Assembly: GCA_965203295.1 (NCBI GenBank)
Contig: CBDBCZ010000015.1
Span: forward strand, 544,001 to 608,000
Source: Nitrospirales bacterium
Lineage (GTDB): Bacteria > Nitrospirota > Nitrospiria > Nitrospirales > UBA8639
Length of the DNA stretch: 64,000 nt
Direction of reading: 5' to 3'
Each line of letters starts with the position of its first letter. The first letter of the stretch is position 1. The position numbers and the translations under genes were made by a program. The notes below the pieces were generated by a model. The model was not told where the DNA came from. It did no database searches and worked only from the letters and a program-made list of their open reading frames with translations. Below are positions 12,948-27,246 of this stretch, in pieces.

Positions 12948-13929
12948 TAATACATGGGCTCTGTGCATTATCAGATAACTGATGGTGGTGAACAAAGTAG
13001 CTTCTACCTGCCAACACCAAGAGCAGCTTTCCAAAGCATATTGCCCAAGTTGTTGACAGATAATAGCTCCTTGATTGACATATTCACCCTCTTGTCCATG
13101 TCGCCATGAATCTATATCTGTAAGGACACAATGCATAAAGTTTATATAGGGAGTGTCATCACGTGCCTTGTGCAGTTGTATACACCCAAACTAAAGAAGA
13201 AAAAAAATCAGTTTGCCATACTTTGGCACACCATAGTTCACTAGTAAGCCTTACGGAATAGGAATATATAGAATGGAGTAGAACAGAAGACAGGAGAGGT
13301 CCCAAAATGGAAATTGAGTACACTAAGTGGTTTAAGTGGGTTTCAAGAGCATTCAAGCAGGTTCAGTGGCTATTGCAGATCTATACCAAATGATTCTCAA
13401 GGTGTAAAGTAGTTTTATGACCACATGTGGGAGTATATGGAAACTGCAGGAGCATAACACCTCATCAAGATTCTACATGATATATATGGTTCAAGTTGGA
13501 AGTGGGCTGGTTCAAGCAGGTTCTGAGGAGATGAAGTACCCTGTGAGCATCAAAACTTCTTGAACGCTGCTCAGACTAATATATATACCCAGTTCAACTC
13601 ACAACTGGCCCTAACCCATGTACTTGATGATCCACAGGACAGTCTCAAGGTGGTTCACACCCTTAAACATTTATATGAGCATGAGCATTTATCTGACAGT
13701 CATGTAATAGTCTAGCTGGCTAATCCCAACTTGTAACCACCTAGGATCGCTCTATGGAATGCAATTACACAGCAATCTCCTTCATACATGACGTACCTGG
13801 CTGTAGTACACCAGTCAACAAAACACAGGCGACTGTGCAGCCAATAAAGCGCACTGGAGGTGTGTAGACCCTCATCTCCCGTCGAGATACTGCAAGCGAT
13901 CCTATAAAGTAGTGGTAGGTGGGGATAGC

Positions 13930-14001
13930 TAGCCTCGTTCCCAGGACTCCACACAGCTTTTGTAGCTTGCTTTTTTCGGGGAGAGCCTGGGAACGAGGCT
14001 A
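13930..14001. mobile_element. 72-bp MITE with TAG...CTA termini and 9-bp TSD (AcademH-like, non-autonomous)
   Basis: TIR TAGCCTCGTTCCCAGG / CCTGGGAACGAGGCTA; perfect GGGGATAGC at 13921-13929 and 14002-14010. Confidence 0.85.
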
Positions 14002-14617
14002 GGGGATAGCTAGGATGTCAATTTCTTAAACCTTTCATACCATCGGTGTTTCTGAATTTAGATAGCTACACAAAAAGTATAAAACAGTAAGGGTTCATTT
14101 GGGGAAGGTGCATGTGAAACATTCCCGCTCTCCCACGCCGCTAGAATAACTTTAATATAGGATCGCTTGCAGTATCTTGACGGGAGATGTGGGTCTAGGT
14201 ATTCCTACACACCTCCAGTGCACTTTATCGGCTGCACAGTCGCCTGTGTTTTGTTGACTGGTGTACCACAGCCAGGTACGTCATGTATGAACTAGAGCCA
14301 GGAGATTGCTGTGTAATTGTATTCCATAGAGCGATCCTAGGTGGGTACAAGTTGGGATAAGCCAGCTAGACTATTACATGACTCAGATAAATGCTCATGC
14401 TCATATAAATGTTTAGGGATGTGAACTACCTTGCGACTATCCTGTGGATCAGTATAATATGAGTTAGGGCAAGTTGTGAGGAGTTAAACTGTGGGTATAT
14501 ATCAGTCTGAACAGCGTTCAACCGAGGGTACTTTGTCTCCCCTCAGACCCTGCTTAAACCAGCCCACTCCCAACTTGAACCATACGATAATCCACACCTA
14601 AAGGAGAGTTCATTAAT

Positions 14618-14779
14618 ATATAAACCATGGCCAGGAGGTGTACATGTATATCAGTGATATACCACCTGCCGTGGAGGTGATTGGGAATATACCATGAGGG
14701 TCGCAGGCTTAAGGTATAACCCTCTGAACACCAGGAAGTAGTATAGCAATAATATTCACCGATTGGACATGGTTCATAT
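14618..14779 (+). mobile_element. Hairpin element E3 (solo, degenerate)
   Basis: Arms ATATAAACCATGGCCA / TGGACATGGTTCATAT; apex TGAGGGTC-GCA-GGCTTAAGG; absent from the mirror arm (about 13480-13490 reads GATATATATGG). Confidence 0.6.
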
Positions 14780-15349
14780 CATGTAGAATCTTGACGAGGT
14801 ATAATCCTCTTGCAGTTTCCATAGCAACATGGTTTACTCCCGCATACGATCACAAACTACTTTATACCTTGAGCATCAGTTGGTGGATCTGCAATAGCCA
14901 CTGAACCCACTTTCACCGCTTATTGTACTCAAATTCTATTACAGGACATCTCCAGTCTTCTGTTCTACTCCATTCTATGTATTCCTATTCCATAAGGCTT
15001 ATTATGGTGTACCAAAGTATTGCAAACTGATTTTTTTCTGTAGTTTGGGTATATACAATTGCACGAGACACGTGATGACACTCCATATATTATAAACTTT
15101 CTGCATTGTGTCCTTACAGATATAGATTCATGGCGACATGGACAAGAGGGTGAATATGTCAATCAAGGAGCTATTATCTGTCAACAACTTGGGCAATATG
15201 CTTTGGAAAGCTGGTCTTGGTGTTGGCAGGTAGAAGCTACTTTGTTCACAGCCATCAGTGATCTGAACATGCACAAAGCCCACGTATGTGCACCATTTAA
15301 TGCAAGCTGTGATGTGCCACTATTTTTGGCTATGATGAAATGCTAGTCT

Positions 15350-15612
15350 CCAGAACTACAGATTTGATTCGTCGATGTCCAGCACCAAAGTGGGGGAAAT
15401 GACTGTAGGTTGTTTGCTGCTGCATTTGCAGAGGCTCTGTGCAGAGGGGAAGACTCACATCTGATGAGTTTTAGCCAGCAGCACATGCGAGAGTACCCTT
15501 GGAGTTTTTTACAAAAGAGGTATTTCCTTCAGCAGACAAGCCACATCAGCTGAATCGGTCATGAGCGAAGTCAACCTCAGCATTGCAGGTGTATTGTATA
15601 TGCCGAATGCCA
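15350..15612 (+). pseudogene. Ulp1/C48-type protease fragment plus start of a PHD-like finger (transposon-associated type)
   Basis: DVQHQSGGNDCRLFAAAFAEALCRG...FSQQHMR (QxxxxDCG-like motif), followed by VYCICRMP; frameshifts between. Confidence 0.7.
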
Positions 15613-16009
15613 TTGAACAAGCAGATGGCTAGTCTTGACATCCTCACTCAGTCTACACTGAAGCCACAGTGGTATGGTCTTGTGGTGCGTGTGTTAACAA
15701 TGTGTAGTTATTTTTCTGCCTCTGTTTCCGACATGACAGTTCTCCAGTGCAAAATAATATTATTAGTTACCGGTTAGGTAATTATAATGTAGCATGCAGT
15801 CTCCAATCACTGGACTGGTACAGCTTGAGTCTTGTAAGTAACTACTCAAATACTCACAGTTGTATTCTGCCAAAGGTCACATAAAAGCGTTTTGAATACT
15901 CCGGTCATGCCAGACAGGTTTGGTCCGCACTGGTCCGTGTTTTAGTGAACTTGGTCCGTAGTTGGTCCATAAGTTGGTCCATTGGTCCGGACCTGTCTGT
16001 ATATTAGTC

Positions 16010-16275
16010 TGGTATCCGCTATCCAGAGTCACAATTGAGCAGCTGCTCGGATGGAGTTAGTTGTATATAGATAGCTTCCTTCACCAAGAGCTCCTTCCTT
16101 GAAGTGGTATCTAAGATCTTGACTCATTCCCAGTCTGGACTGGCTCCAGCTTCCCAGGCGTGATCAGCTACAGCACATTTCTCAGTGTTACAAAGGCGGC
16201 ACTCCTCTTGATGCTCCCTAATGCGAGTACCGAGGGCTCTCTGAGTCTCTCCGACATACACTTTTTCACACGTGC
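16010..16275 (-). pseudogene. GIY-YIG endonuclease fragment of a Penelope-like retroelement
   Basis: TCEKVYVGETQRALGTRIREH...AVADHAW...DWE*VKILD...KEAIYI...LN; contains in-frame stops. Confidence 0.85.
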
Positions 16276-16289
16276 GTTTTTAGTGTGTC

Positions 16290-16700
16290 AATGGTTGGAG
16301 AAGTGGAATAATTCATGACTATGTCACTATTCTGCCTCATAATCTCCGTCAGCCCCTCATGAGTGTCACTGCTAACAGCCACTCCTCATTGGAAGCATTC
16401 TTCCTCTAGCTTCTTCGTCAACCTCTCACACTGCTTGCTCGCTAGACAATGCCCACGGTGGACATTCTGAAGCTAATTGTGGCATTGATAGGTAGCGATG
16501 GTTCACACTGCTTTAAGGCTGCTTGAGCTCTGAGTACACTGATGCTGGACTAAGAGGGTAGCACGATGGCAAACGCACTGTTGACACCTCACACCTGTGC
16601 CATCTGCAGACAAGTTGATTTGGCACTCCTTGTGTCTGACAGTTGAAGTGTGATACATGTGTGTGCCTCGAGGATAGAAACATCCTGACCTGCATAAATG
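16290..16700 (-). pseudogene. Possible N-terminal fragment of a P-element/THAP9-like transposase
   Basis: TVRHKEC...RCQQC..HRATL...HRYLS...GVAVSSDTHEGLTEIM, broken by stops and frameshifts; assignment by remembered similarity only. Confidence 0.4.
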
Positions 16701-16939
16701 CAAGAATAGAACTTTAATACCATAAAAACAATATCTTGTAGAGTGGAGGTATGATGCCGCACCACATTAGAAACTTTTCCTCGCCATTTCCCATGCAGAA
16801 ACAACACTACTCAAGAGACTCTAGCAAGTGTACAAGGTCGTAGAAAGTAGAGATGGATGGGGAAAAAGATGAAAGAAACTCGTTATTGCTTAGATCAATG
16901 TGGTTGCTGAACAATATCACACACCACCCGAAATGACGG

Positions 16940-19900
16940 TCAACCGTAACCGTACCCGACAGCATCCTACGGTAACATACTGCGACCTACTTCACATTAC
17001 TGAACTCCACTGTTCTCTACTGCGCCATTCTACTAGTTACTGCACTCTCCACTGCACTATACTGCATTCTAATGCACCCTACTGCAACATATTGTACTGT
17101 ACTACCCCCTCCTATGCCATACCACACCCTACAGCTCTGTACAATATCCTACGGAAACCTACAGTACACAACTAAACAGTATTGCACTCAACGGCTCTCT
17201 ACTACATTCTGCTGTAATTTACTGTGCTCTCAACGGGACTTTATTGACTCTAATCCTCCCTCCTGCACCACACACCACCCTCCTGCGCCTTAGAGCACTC
17301 TACGGTACCCTACGAGACCCTATTGCAACCTACATCACCCTATAGAACTCTACTGCACTGTACCGCTCTCTACTGCACTCTACTGCAATTTACTGCACTC
17401 TCCACTGCCCTCTATTGCACTCTACTGCACACTATTGCAACCTACTGCACACTACTGAACTCTATAGTGAACTCTACTGAACACTAGTGAACTCTACGGC
17501 TCACTACTGAGCTCTACTGCAATTTACTGCACTCTCCACTGCGCTCTACTGCACTCTACTACCGAACTCTACTCACCCGTACTGCTTCCTACTGCACTCT
17601 TCTGCAATTTTCTGTGCTCTCCATTGTAGTTTAGTGCAATCTAATGCACCCTACTGAGACCTACTGCACCTTACTGCTCCCTCATACACTTTACAGCAAA
17701 CTATACCCCCTAAGGCACCCAACTGTTGTAACCTATTGCGTTCTACTGTACTCTAGTAAACTCTATTTCACCCTAATGCACTTTTGTGCAGTCTAATGCG
17801 CTCTCAATTGCAGATTACGGCATTTTAATGTAATCAAATGCAACCTACAGCACTATACTGCACCATACTGCACCTCCTACACTCAACAGCACCCTACGAC
17901 ACACTATGGTATCCTTCTGAAATCTACTGCTCCTTAATGAATTTTAAAGCTCCCTGCCACTCTACTCCCATTTACTGTACACTCCACTGCGCTCTACTGC
18001 AAGCTACTGCACCGCACTGCTCCCTCCTACACTGTACAGCCCTTTAATGGTGCCCTACTGCAATCTATCGCACCCTGCTGAACTCTACTGCACTGTACTG
18101 CTCCCTACTACACCCTGCAGCAGTTTGGTGCACTTTCCACTGCACTTTACTGCACTCTAATGCGCCCTACTGCAACCTACTGTACCATACTACAACCCTT
18201 AATATTCTACAACACCCTGCGGCACCCTACAAGATCCTACGGCAACCTACAGTAACTATTCTACTATACTGCACTCTACTGCTTTCTACTGCACTCTACT
18301 GCAATTTACAGCACTCTCCACTACACTCCACTGCACTCTACTGCGCCCTATTGCAACCTACCACACTACACTACACTTTCGACACCCTACAGCACCCTCC
18401 TACAACCAACTGCTCCCTACTGAACTCTACTCACCTGTACTGCTCCCTACTGCACTCTTCTGCAATTTATTCTACATTCCACTGCAGTTTAGTGCAATCT
18501 AATGCCACCTACTGCGTCCTACTGCTCCCGCCTACACCTTACAGTATGCTATGGCCCCCTATGGCACCCAACTATAACCTACTGCATTCTATATCACTCT
18601 ACTAAACTGTACTTCACCCTACTGCACTTTTCGGCAGTCTACTGCACTCTCAGTAGCAGTTTACGGCACTCTAATGCGCTCTACTGTAACCTACTGCATC
18701 GTACTCAAACTTCCTACACCCAACAGTACCCTACAACACCCAACGGCAACCCACTGCAACCTACTGCTCCCTACTGAACTCGAATTAACTGTATTGCTCT
18801 GTACTGCTCCCTACTACACTCTTTTACATTTTACGGTGCTCTCCACTGTACTTTACTATAAGGCACGGTACTGCAACTTCTTGTATTGTACTGCACCCTT
18901 CTACACCCTACAGCCCCCTAATGGCCCCCTACTGCAACTTTCAGCTAAACTCTGCTGCACTCTACAGCTCCCTACTGCACTCTGCAGCAATATGTTGCGC
19001 TCTCCACTGCACTATACTGCACTCTAATGCGCTTTACTGCAACGCACTGTACCATATTGCAACCTCTTAGTAACCCTCTACAGCATCCTACGGCAACCCT
19101 ACGGGATCCTACTGCATCCTACAGCACTCTATTGTATTTTATTGTACTCTGCCATTTCCTACTGCACTCTTACACTCTACAGTACTGTACAGCACACCCA
19201 TGAGACCCTACTGTAACAAACTGTACTGTACCGCTCTCTACTGCACTCTTCTGCTATTTACTGCTTTCTCCACTGCCCTCTTTAGCACTCATCTGCGCCC
19301 TACTGCAACCTTCTCTGCCATACTGCACCCTCTTACATCTTACTGTACCCGACGACACCCTACGGTAACATACTGCGACCTACTTCACATTACAGTTTAC
19401 GGCACTCTAAAGCACTCAAATACAACCTACTGCACCGTACTGTGCCCTCCCATACCCAACAGCACCCTATGGCTCCCTTTGGCACCTTACTGCAACCTAC
19501 TGCTCCCTACTGATCTCTAATGAGCTATACTGCTCCCACCTGTACTCTTGTGCAACTTACTGCACTCTCAACTGCACTTCACTACACTCTAATGCGCCCT
19601 ACCGCAACCTGCTGTACCGTACTGCAACCTTTTACATTCTACAGCACCCTTAGGCATGCTACAGGGATCCTCCTGCCACCTACAGCCCCTATTGTACTTT
19701 ACTGCACTCTACCACTCCCTACTACACTCTACTGCAATTTTCTGTACTTTCCACTGCCCTGTTTTTCCCTCCTGTGTGCCCTACAGCAACCTAATGTACC
19801 ATACTGCTCCGTCTTACACCCTACAGTATCCAACGGCACCTTACGGTGCCCTACTCCAACTTACTGTACCCTGCTAAACTGTACTGAACTCTACCGTTCT

Positions 19901-22900
19901 CTACTGCCCTCTCAGTCTGCAAGTAACTCCTCTCTCCACTGCAGTATACTGCACTCTAATGCACACTACTGAAAATTACTACACCGTATCACACCCTCCC
20001 GCACAATACAGCACCCTACAGCTTCCTATACAAGACCCCGCTGCAACCTACAGCACCTATCTGAACTCTACAGCACTCCATAGCTTCCAACTGCACTCTG
20101 ATGCAATATATTACACTCTCCACAGAACTTTACTGCACTCTAATGCACCCTACTGCAACCTACAGCACAATATTGTTTTTTCCTTGACTCTATCGCTTTC
20201 TACTGCTCTCTACTTCATAGTACTGCATCCTCTTACACTCTACAGCCCTCTACAGCACACTATGAAACCCTATGGCAACCAACTGTACTCTACTGCTCTC
20301 TACTGCACTCTTCTTCAATTTACTTCTCTCTCCACTGCCCTTTTTTGCACTCTTCTGCGCCCTACTGCTACCTACTGCACCATACTGCATCTTCTTCTTA
20401 CTGCAACCTACTGTTCCCTACTGATCTCTAATGAGCTGTACTGCTCCCACCTGCACTCTTCTGCAACTTACTGCACTCTCCACTGCACTTTACTACACTC
20501 TAATGCGCTCTACCGCAACCTGCTGTACCGTACTGTAACCCTTTACACTCTGCAGCACCCTTCGGCATGCTACGGGATCCTACTGCGACATTCAGCACCC
20601 TATTGTACTCTACTGCGATCTACCGCTCCCTACTACACTCTACTGCAATTTTCTGCACTTTCCACTGCCCTTTTTCCCTCTTGTGCGCCCTACAGCAACC
20701 TACTGCACCATACTGCTCCTTCGTACACCCTACAGTATCCAACGGCACCTTGCGGTGCCCTACTGCAACCTACTCTACCCTGCTAAACTGTACTGAACTC
20801 TACCGTTCTCTACTGCCCTGTCAGTCTGCAAGTAACTCCTCTCTCCATTGCAGTATACTGCACTCTAATGCACACTACTGCAACTTACTGCACCGTATCA
20901 CACCCTCCCGCACAATACAGCACCCTACAGCTTCCTATACAAGACCCCGCTGCAACCTACAGCACCTATCTGAACTCTACAGCACTCCATAGCTTCCAAC
21001 TGCACTCTGATGCAATATATTACTCTCCACAGAACTTTACTGCACTCTAATGCACCCTACTGCAACCTACAGCACAATATTGTTTTTTCCTTGACTCTAT
21101 CGCTTTCTACTGCTCTCTACTTCATAGTACTGCATCCTCTTACACTCTACAGCCCTCTACAGCACACTATGAAACCCTATGGCAACCAACTGTACTCTAC
21201 TGCTCTCAACTGCACTCTTCTTCAATTTACTTCTCTCTCCACTGCCCTTTTTTGCACTCTTCTGCGCCCTACTGCTACCTACTGCACCATACTGCATCTT
21301 CTTCTTACTGCAACCTACTGTTCCCTACTGATCTCTAATGAGCTGTACTGCTCCCACCTGCACTCTTCTGCAACTTACTGCACTCTCCACTGCACTTTAC
21401 TACACTCTAATGCGCTCTACCGCAACCTGCTGTACCGTACTGCAACCCTTTACACTCTGCAGCACCCTTCGGCATGCTACGGGATCCTACTGTGACATTC
21501 AGCACCCTATTGTACTCTACTGCGATCTACCGCTCCCTACTACACTCTACTGCAATTTTCTGCACTTTCCACTGCCCTTTTTCCCTCTTGTGCGCCCTAC
21601 AGCAACCTACTGCACCATACTGCTCCTTCGTACACCCTACAGTATCCAACGGCACCTTGCGGTGCCCTACTGCAACCTACTCTACCCTGCTAAACTGTAC
21701 TGAACTCTACCGTTCTCTACTGCCCTGTCAGTCTGCAAGTAACTCCTCTCTCCATTGCAGTATACTGCACTCTAATGCACACTACTGCAACTTACTGCAC
21801 CGTATCACACCCTCCCGCACAATACAGCACCTTACAGCTTCCTATACAAGACCCCGCTGCAACCTACAGCACCTATCTGAACTCTACAGCACTCCATAGC
21901 TTTCAACTGCACTCTGATGCAATATATTACACTCTCCACAGAACTTTACTGCACTCTAATGCACCCTACTGCAACCTACAGCACAATATTGTTTTTTCCT
22001 TGACTCTATCGCTTTCTACTGCTCTCTACTTCATAGTACTGCATCCTCTTACACTCTACAGCCCTCTACAGCACACTATGAAACCCTATGGCAACCAACT
22101 GTACTCTACTGCTCTCTACTGCACTCTTCTTCAATTTACTTCTCTCTCCACTGCCCTTTTTTGCACTCTTCTGCGCCCTACTGCTACCTACTGCACCATA
22201 CTGCATCTTCTTCTTACTGCAACCTACTGTTCCCTACTGATCTCTAATGAGCTGTACTGCTCCCACCTGCACTCTTCTGCAACTTACTGCACTCTCCACT
22301 GCACTTTACTACACTCTAATGCGCTCTACCGCAACCTGCTGTACCGTACTGCAACCCTTTACACTCTGCAGCACCCTTCGGCATGCTACGGGATCCTACT
22401 GCAACATTCAGCACCCTATTGTACTCTACTGCGATCTACCGCTCCCTACTACACTCTACTGCAATTTTCTGCACTTTCCACTGCCCTTTTTCCCTCTTGT
22501 GCGCCCTACAGCAACCTACTGCACCATACTGCTTCTTCGTACACCCTACAGTATCCAACGGCACCTTGCGGTGCCCTACTGCAACCTACTCTACCCTGCT
22601 AAACTGTACTGAACTCTACCGTTCTCTACTGCCCTGTCAGTCTGCAAGTAACTCCTCTCTCCATTGCAGTATACTGCACTCTAATGCACACTACTGCAAC
22701 TTACTGCACCGTATCACACCCTTCCGCACAATACAGCACCCTACAGCTTCCTATACAAGACCCCGCTGCAACCTACAGCACCTATCTGAACTCTACAGCA
22801 CTCCATAGCTTCCAACTGCACTCTGATGCAATATATTATACTCTCCACGGCACTCTAATGCGCCCTACTGCAACCTACTGTAACATATTGCACCTTTTTA

Positions 22901-23545
22901 CACTCTACAGTACCTTACGGCATCCTACGGGATCCTACTGCAACTTACAGCCCAATATTGTATTTTACTTGACTCTAACGCTTTCTACTGCTCTCTACTT
23001 CATTGTACTGCATCCTCTTACACTCTACAGCCCTCTACAGCACACTACGATACCCAATGGCAACCAACTGTACTCTACTGCTCTCTACTGCACTCTTCTG
23101 CAATTTACTTCTCTCCACTGCCCTTTTTTGTACTCTTCTGCGCCCTACTGCAACGTACTGCACCATACTGCACCTTCTTCCACCTTACAGTACCCGATGG
23201 CACCCTATGGTACCCTACTGCAAACTAGTTCACATTACTGTACTCTAATGTTCTCTACATTCCTCTTCTGCAAGTTACTGAACTCTTCACTGAAATATAC
23301 TGCACTCCAATGCACCCTTCTGCAACTTACTGCATAGTATTGCACCCTCCTGTGCCATACAGCACACTATGGCTCCATACAATACCCTACTGCAACCTAC
23401 AGCACCTAACTAAACTTTATTGCCCTCAACGGCTCCCTACTTCATTCTGCTGTAATCTACTACACTCTCAACGGCACTTTATTGCACTCTAATCCTCCCT
23501 TTGCAACCTACTGCATCGTACACCACCCTTCTACACCCTATAGCG
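16940..23545 (+). repeat. C-rich CTACTGCA(CT)-based satellite with a 907-911-bp higher-order repeat (about 3.7 copies, about 19480-22850)
   Basis: Degenerate CTACTGCACT units throughout; marker CTAATGAGCT at 19517, 20428, 21335 and 22244. Confidence 0.95.
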
Positions 23546-24790
23546 CTTAGACCGTGTTTCTTGAATGTATTAGTGTTTATCTGTTGGTTAGCCTTGAGTT
23601 TTTGAGTTCAATCAATGTTTCGTAACTGTATTAGAATCTATTTGCTAATAAGTCTTGAGATATATAGTATTTAGACTATGTTACACAACTGTATTAATGT
23701 CTGTCTGTTTGTTAGTTTATAGGTTTAGTTTTTCAGCTGTGTTTCGCGACTATATTTGTGTCTGTCTCTTAGTCAGCCTTGAGTTATAGTGTTTAGGCCA
23801 TGTTTCTCCACTGTATTGGCATGTGTCAGTTAGTCTTGAGTTTTAGTGTTTAAATAGTGTTTCTTGATTTTATTAGAGTCTGCCTGTTAGTAAGTCTTGA
23901 GTTTTAGTAGTGTTTTATGACTGTATTAATGCCTGTCTGTTCGTTACTCTAATGGCTTACTATTATAGGTGGTGTTTCTCGGCTGCATTAGTGTCTCACT
24001 TTTAGCTAGTCTGGAGTTTAAATATTTAGGTCATGTTTTTCGACTGTATTAGTGAGTGTCTGTTAGTGTTGAATTTTAGGGTTTAGTTCCCGTTTTTCGA
24101 CTGTATTAGTGTCTGGAAGTTAGTATTGAGGCCGAATTTTATAACTGCGTTAGTGTCTGTCAGTATTGAGTTTTAGCATTTAGGCGGTGTTTCTCAACTG
24201 TGTTAGTGTCTGTCTGTTATTTAGTCTTGAATTTTAGTTTCTGAGCTGTGTTTCTTGTGTATATTAGTATTTGTCAATTAGTAAGTTAGTTTTTATGCTG
24301 TTTCTGTACTGCACTAGTGTCTGCCTGTTGCTTAGTGGAGAGTTTCAGCTTTTAGAATGTATTTCTCGACTGTATTTGTTTCTTACATGCAGTTAGCTAG
24401 TCTTGTGTTTTAGAGTTTAAGTCGTGTTTCTCAACTGTATTAGACTGTCCGTTAGTACCTTTTGAGTTTTAGTACTTGAGTCGTGTTTCATGACTATTAG
24501 TGTCTATTAGTTAGTCTACAGGTTTAGTATTTAGGCCGCGTGTCTGGACTGTATTTGTGTGTCTGTTAGTTTGTTTTTACTTTTAGTTACTTAGACCGTG
24601 TTTTTCGACTGTATTAGTGTTTATCTGTTAGTTAGGCTTGAGTTTTTGTCTTTAAGCAACGTTTCTTAACTGTATTAGAATCTGTTTGCTAGTAACTTTA
24701 CTTAGGCTATGATTCACGACTGTATTAGTGTCTGTTAGTTTAAAAGTTTATGGTTTAAGCCATGTTTCTCGACTGTATTAGTAGTTTACA
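23546..24790 (+). repeat. About 60-bp T-rich tandem satellite, about 20 diverged copies
   Basis: Recurring GTGTTTCTCGACTGTATTAGTGTCTGT...TTAGTCTTGAGTTTTAG at roughly 52-63-bp spacing. Confidence 0.9.
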
Positions 24791-25180
24791 GTAAGGCACA
24801 GAAGATGGCAGTGGAGAGAGATGTAAATTGCAGAAGAGTGCAGTAGAGAGCAGTAGAGTACAGTTGGTTGCAATAGGGTCTCGTAGTGTGCTGTAGAGTG
24901 TAAGAGGGAGCAGTACGATAAAGTAGAGTGCAGTAGAAAGCGTTAGAGTCAAGTAAAATGCAATAATGTGCTGTAGCTTGCAGTAGGATCTCGTAGGGTG
25001 CCGTAGGGGGCTGTAGAGTGTAAAAGGTTGCAGTATGTTACAATAGGTCGCAGTAGGGCGCATTAGAGTGCAGTAAAGTGCTGTGGAGAATGCAATAAAT
25101 TGCATCAAAGTGCTAGTTAGGTGTTGTAGGTTGCAGCGGGATCCCATAGCAAAATGTACGGTGCTGCATTGTGCAGGAGG
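24791..25180 (-). repeat. Inverted block of the CTACTGCA satellite
   Basis: GCAGTAGAG-rich; reverse complement resembles about 22750-23120 (ORF 24755..25147 parallels ORF 22684..23337). Confidence 0.9.
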
Positions 25181-27246
25181 GTGCGGTGCAAATTATGGGC
25201 GGTTATGTTTACATAGAAGGTTTTACACACCAGTAAACTGTTGTTGCAGCAAAATTGATTTTGTAGAAAATTGATCGGTTATACTAGAGGGGCGGTTACC
25301 TTTAAGGGGGCGGTTATTTATCAGATTTTACAGTATAGTATGGATATGCACGTACCTCTTTACAGCAAGTAAATGTATGCAACTCCCTTCCATCTCCCCA
25401 ACTGGTTCTTTGTGCTATTCTTAGGCCTATGCAAGAGCAACCATCATTTATGTGTGTTAAGTCCTCGAAATTGCAGGCGTTCAGATATTGGTCAACCAAA
25501 GTAAAGGGGCCAAAGAGGTCAATTGGAGGTGCTGAAGTGACCTCTGCACGACACATTCATTGATCACGGCACTTTCCCATCTCTTCTCATTATCAAAACA
25601 TGTTTGGTCACTAGCAATACATAATTGTAGGTGTGTACTACACCACCAAATCAGAAATTGTGGCAAACTCAAGGGGGAGAGAACTCAAGGGGGAGAGGAC
25701 ACTCCCACGGACTCAGTCTGTAGTCACAACCACTCAAAGCTATGACCAACTCTTTCCTGTGGTTTGACTGCTCAACAATTTTGGCCTCAACCATATGAGG
25801 GAATTTCCCTAAAGCTTGCCAAAACTGAAGACTAGATTCATTCTTCAATGTGACCTGATGCAGACAACCTTTTCTAAATGTGCCTTGACTGTTCAAGACT
25901 AATTAACTCATTGAGCATGATAGGCGTAGTTATACCTCTATACAAATTACTTCTGCGTACCATGACAGATTTACGCCTAGTGACAACTTCCATGCAAATA
26001 CATGTGGCAAGGGGTTAGACTCTGCCCATATAAATGTAGCTGCGGCAGCAACAGGAAGGGGGAGAACCCAATACACTTTAGCAATCATTCTGAAGCTCCA
26101 CCTTTTGAGCTTAACTTGTATCGAGACTTCTACATGTATATTGCTGTATATACGGCAGGGTTGGCAAGCCTTTCAGCACTTGGAACGGGGGTTTGGACGG
26201 CCCAAAGTGGGTTCTGGCTGTAAGCCTAGTACCTATCAACCAAGTGACTCACCAGCTAGAGGGCAGACAGAGAAAGGACACAAAAATAGACACTACCAAG
26301 GTTAAGCCTTCAAAGTAGCCTTGCCTTTAAAATAAGACTTGTACCATTTTTATCCACTAGGGTTCTTGCTTACAGCGGATCGCCCAAAAGCCACGGAGTG
26401 TAGAGTACTACGTATTTTGGGTTTGTAATGTAGTAAAATGTAATGTACCTGTAATATTTGATCACATTACATCACATAGTCATACCCATCTTCAGGGGGC
26501 CTTCTGTAGAATGGTGTGGTAGGTTGAGTGGAGTAGTTTATACTGCAGAAGTAGTCTTGTGCCCAGCTTCACCTCAGAAAGGTGGGTCTGGCGCCCTGTA
26601 TATTCAAAGTCGGGCAGTATTACATCAGCGATCCCACTTCTCAACCGGCAATGCGATTGGTTGATTATGGTATTACCACCAAACGGTATCACACTTGCAG
26701 TAGGCGCTACGTGGATACTGTAATTGTGACATCTGTTTGGGTGATGTGCATGTCCTTAATACAGAGGTGTCCTTTAAGAGGGGTTCCAATGTATACTGCT
26801 TCCGTATTACTCCTTACCACGTGGTTGAGATAATTCACGGATACATTTGCTGTATTCCTGCACAGTGTATCAGGCTCTACTTTCCTCCCCCACAAGAACC
26901 TAGTCACAAGGCTACCCCCAAGGTAGCCGTTTTACTGATTTCAACAACCTAAAGCATTACAAAACTTCAAGCTCGTGCATCTAGTCAAAAATCAATGACC
27001 AAGTTTTGCGTGGCGTGGAAGTCATAAACAATAATGATTTAGACTGATCTATGGGAGTGCCCCCAGGCCTAAACACCGAATTTAGCACACACACCGATCA
27101 CGAAATCAAACAGCTAGTTAGACAGTCCCTTAGTTGATAACAGTCAATACAATGGACATGTCCCATGAAAATATTACTAAGCATCATGTATCAGTTATTA
27201 GATTGAAATACATTATTAGACACCAAAAACACTGGATATGTAGCTT

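Larger units (their letters stand above)
12951..15286. repeat. Foldback: about 1-kb diverged inverted arms around a 250-bp spacer
   Basis: 12951-13907 is the reverse complement of about 14155-15286, with substitutions and indels; ORFs 12885..13136(-) and 15059..15346(+) mirror each other. Confidence 0.92.

Noticed and set aside
15911..15999. Tiny CAGACAGGT...ACCTGTCTG unit with six TGGTCC repeats
   Set aside because: Single short copy with no clear TSD; not enough to classify.
16900..23492. L/Y/C/T/H-rich ORFs
   Set aside because: Satellite translations; higher-order copies differ by frameshifting indels (907 versus 909 bp).
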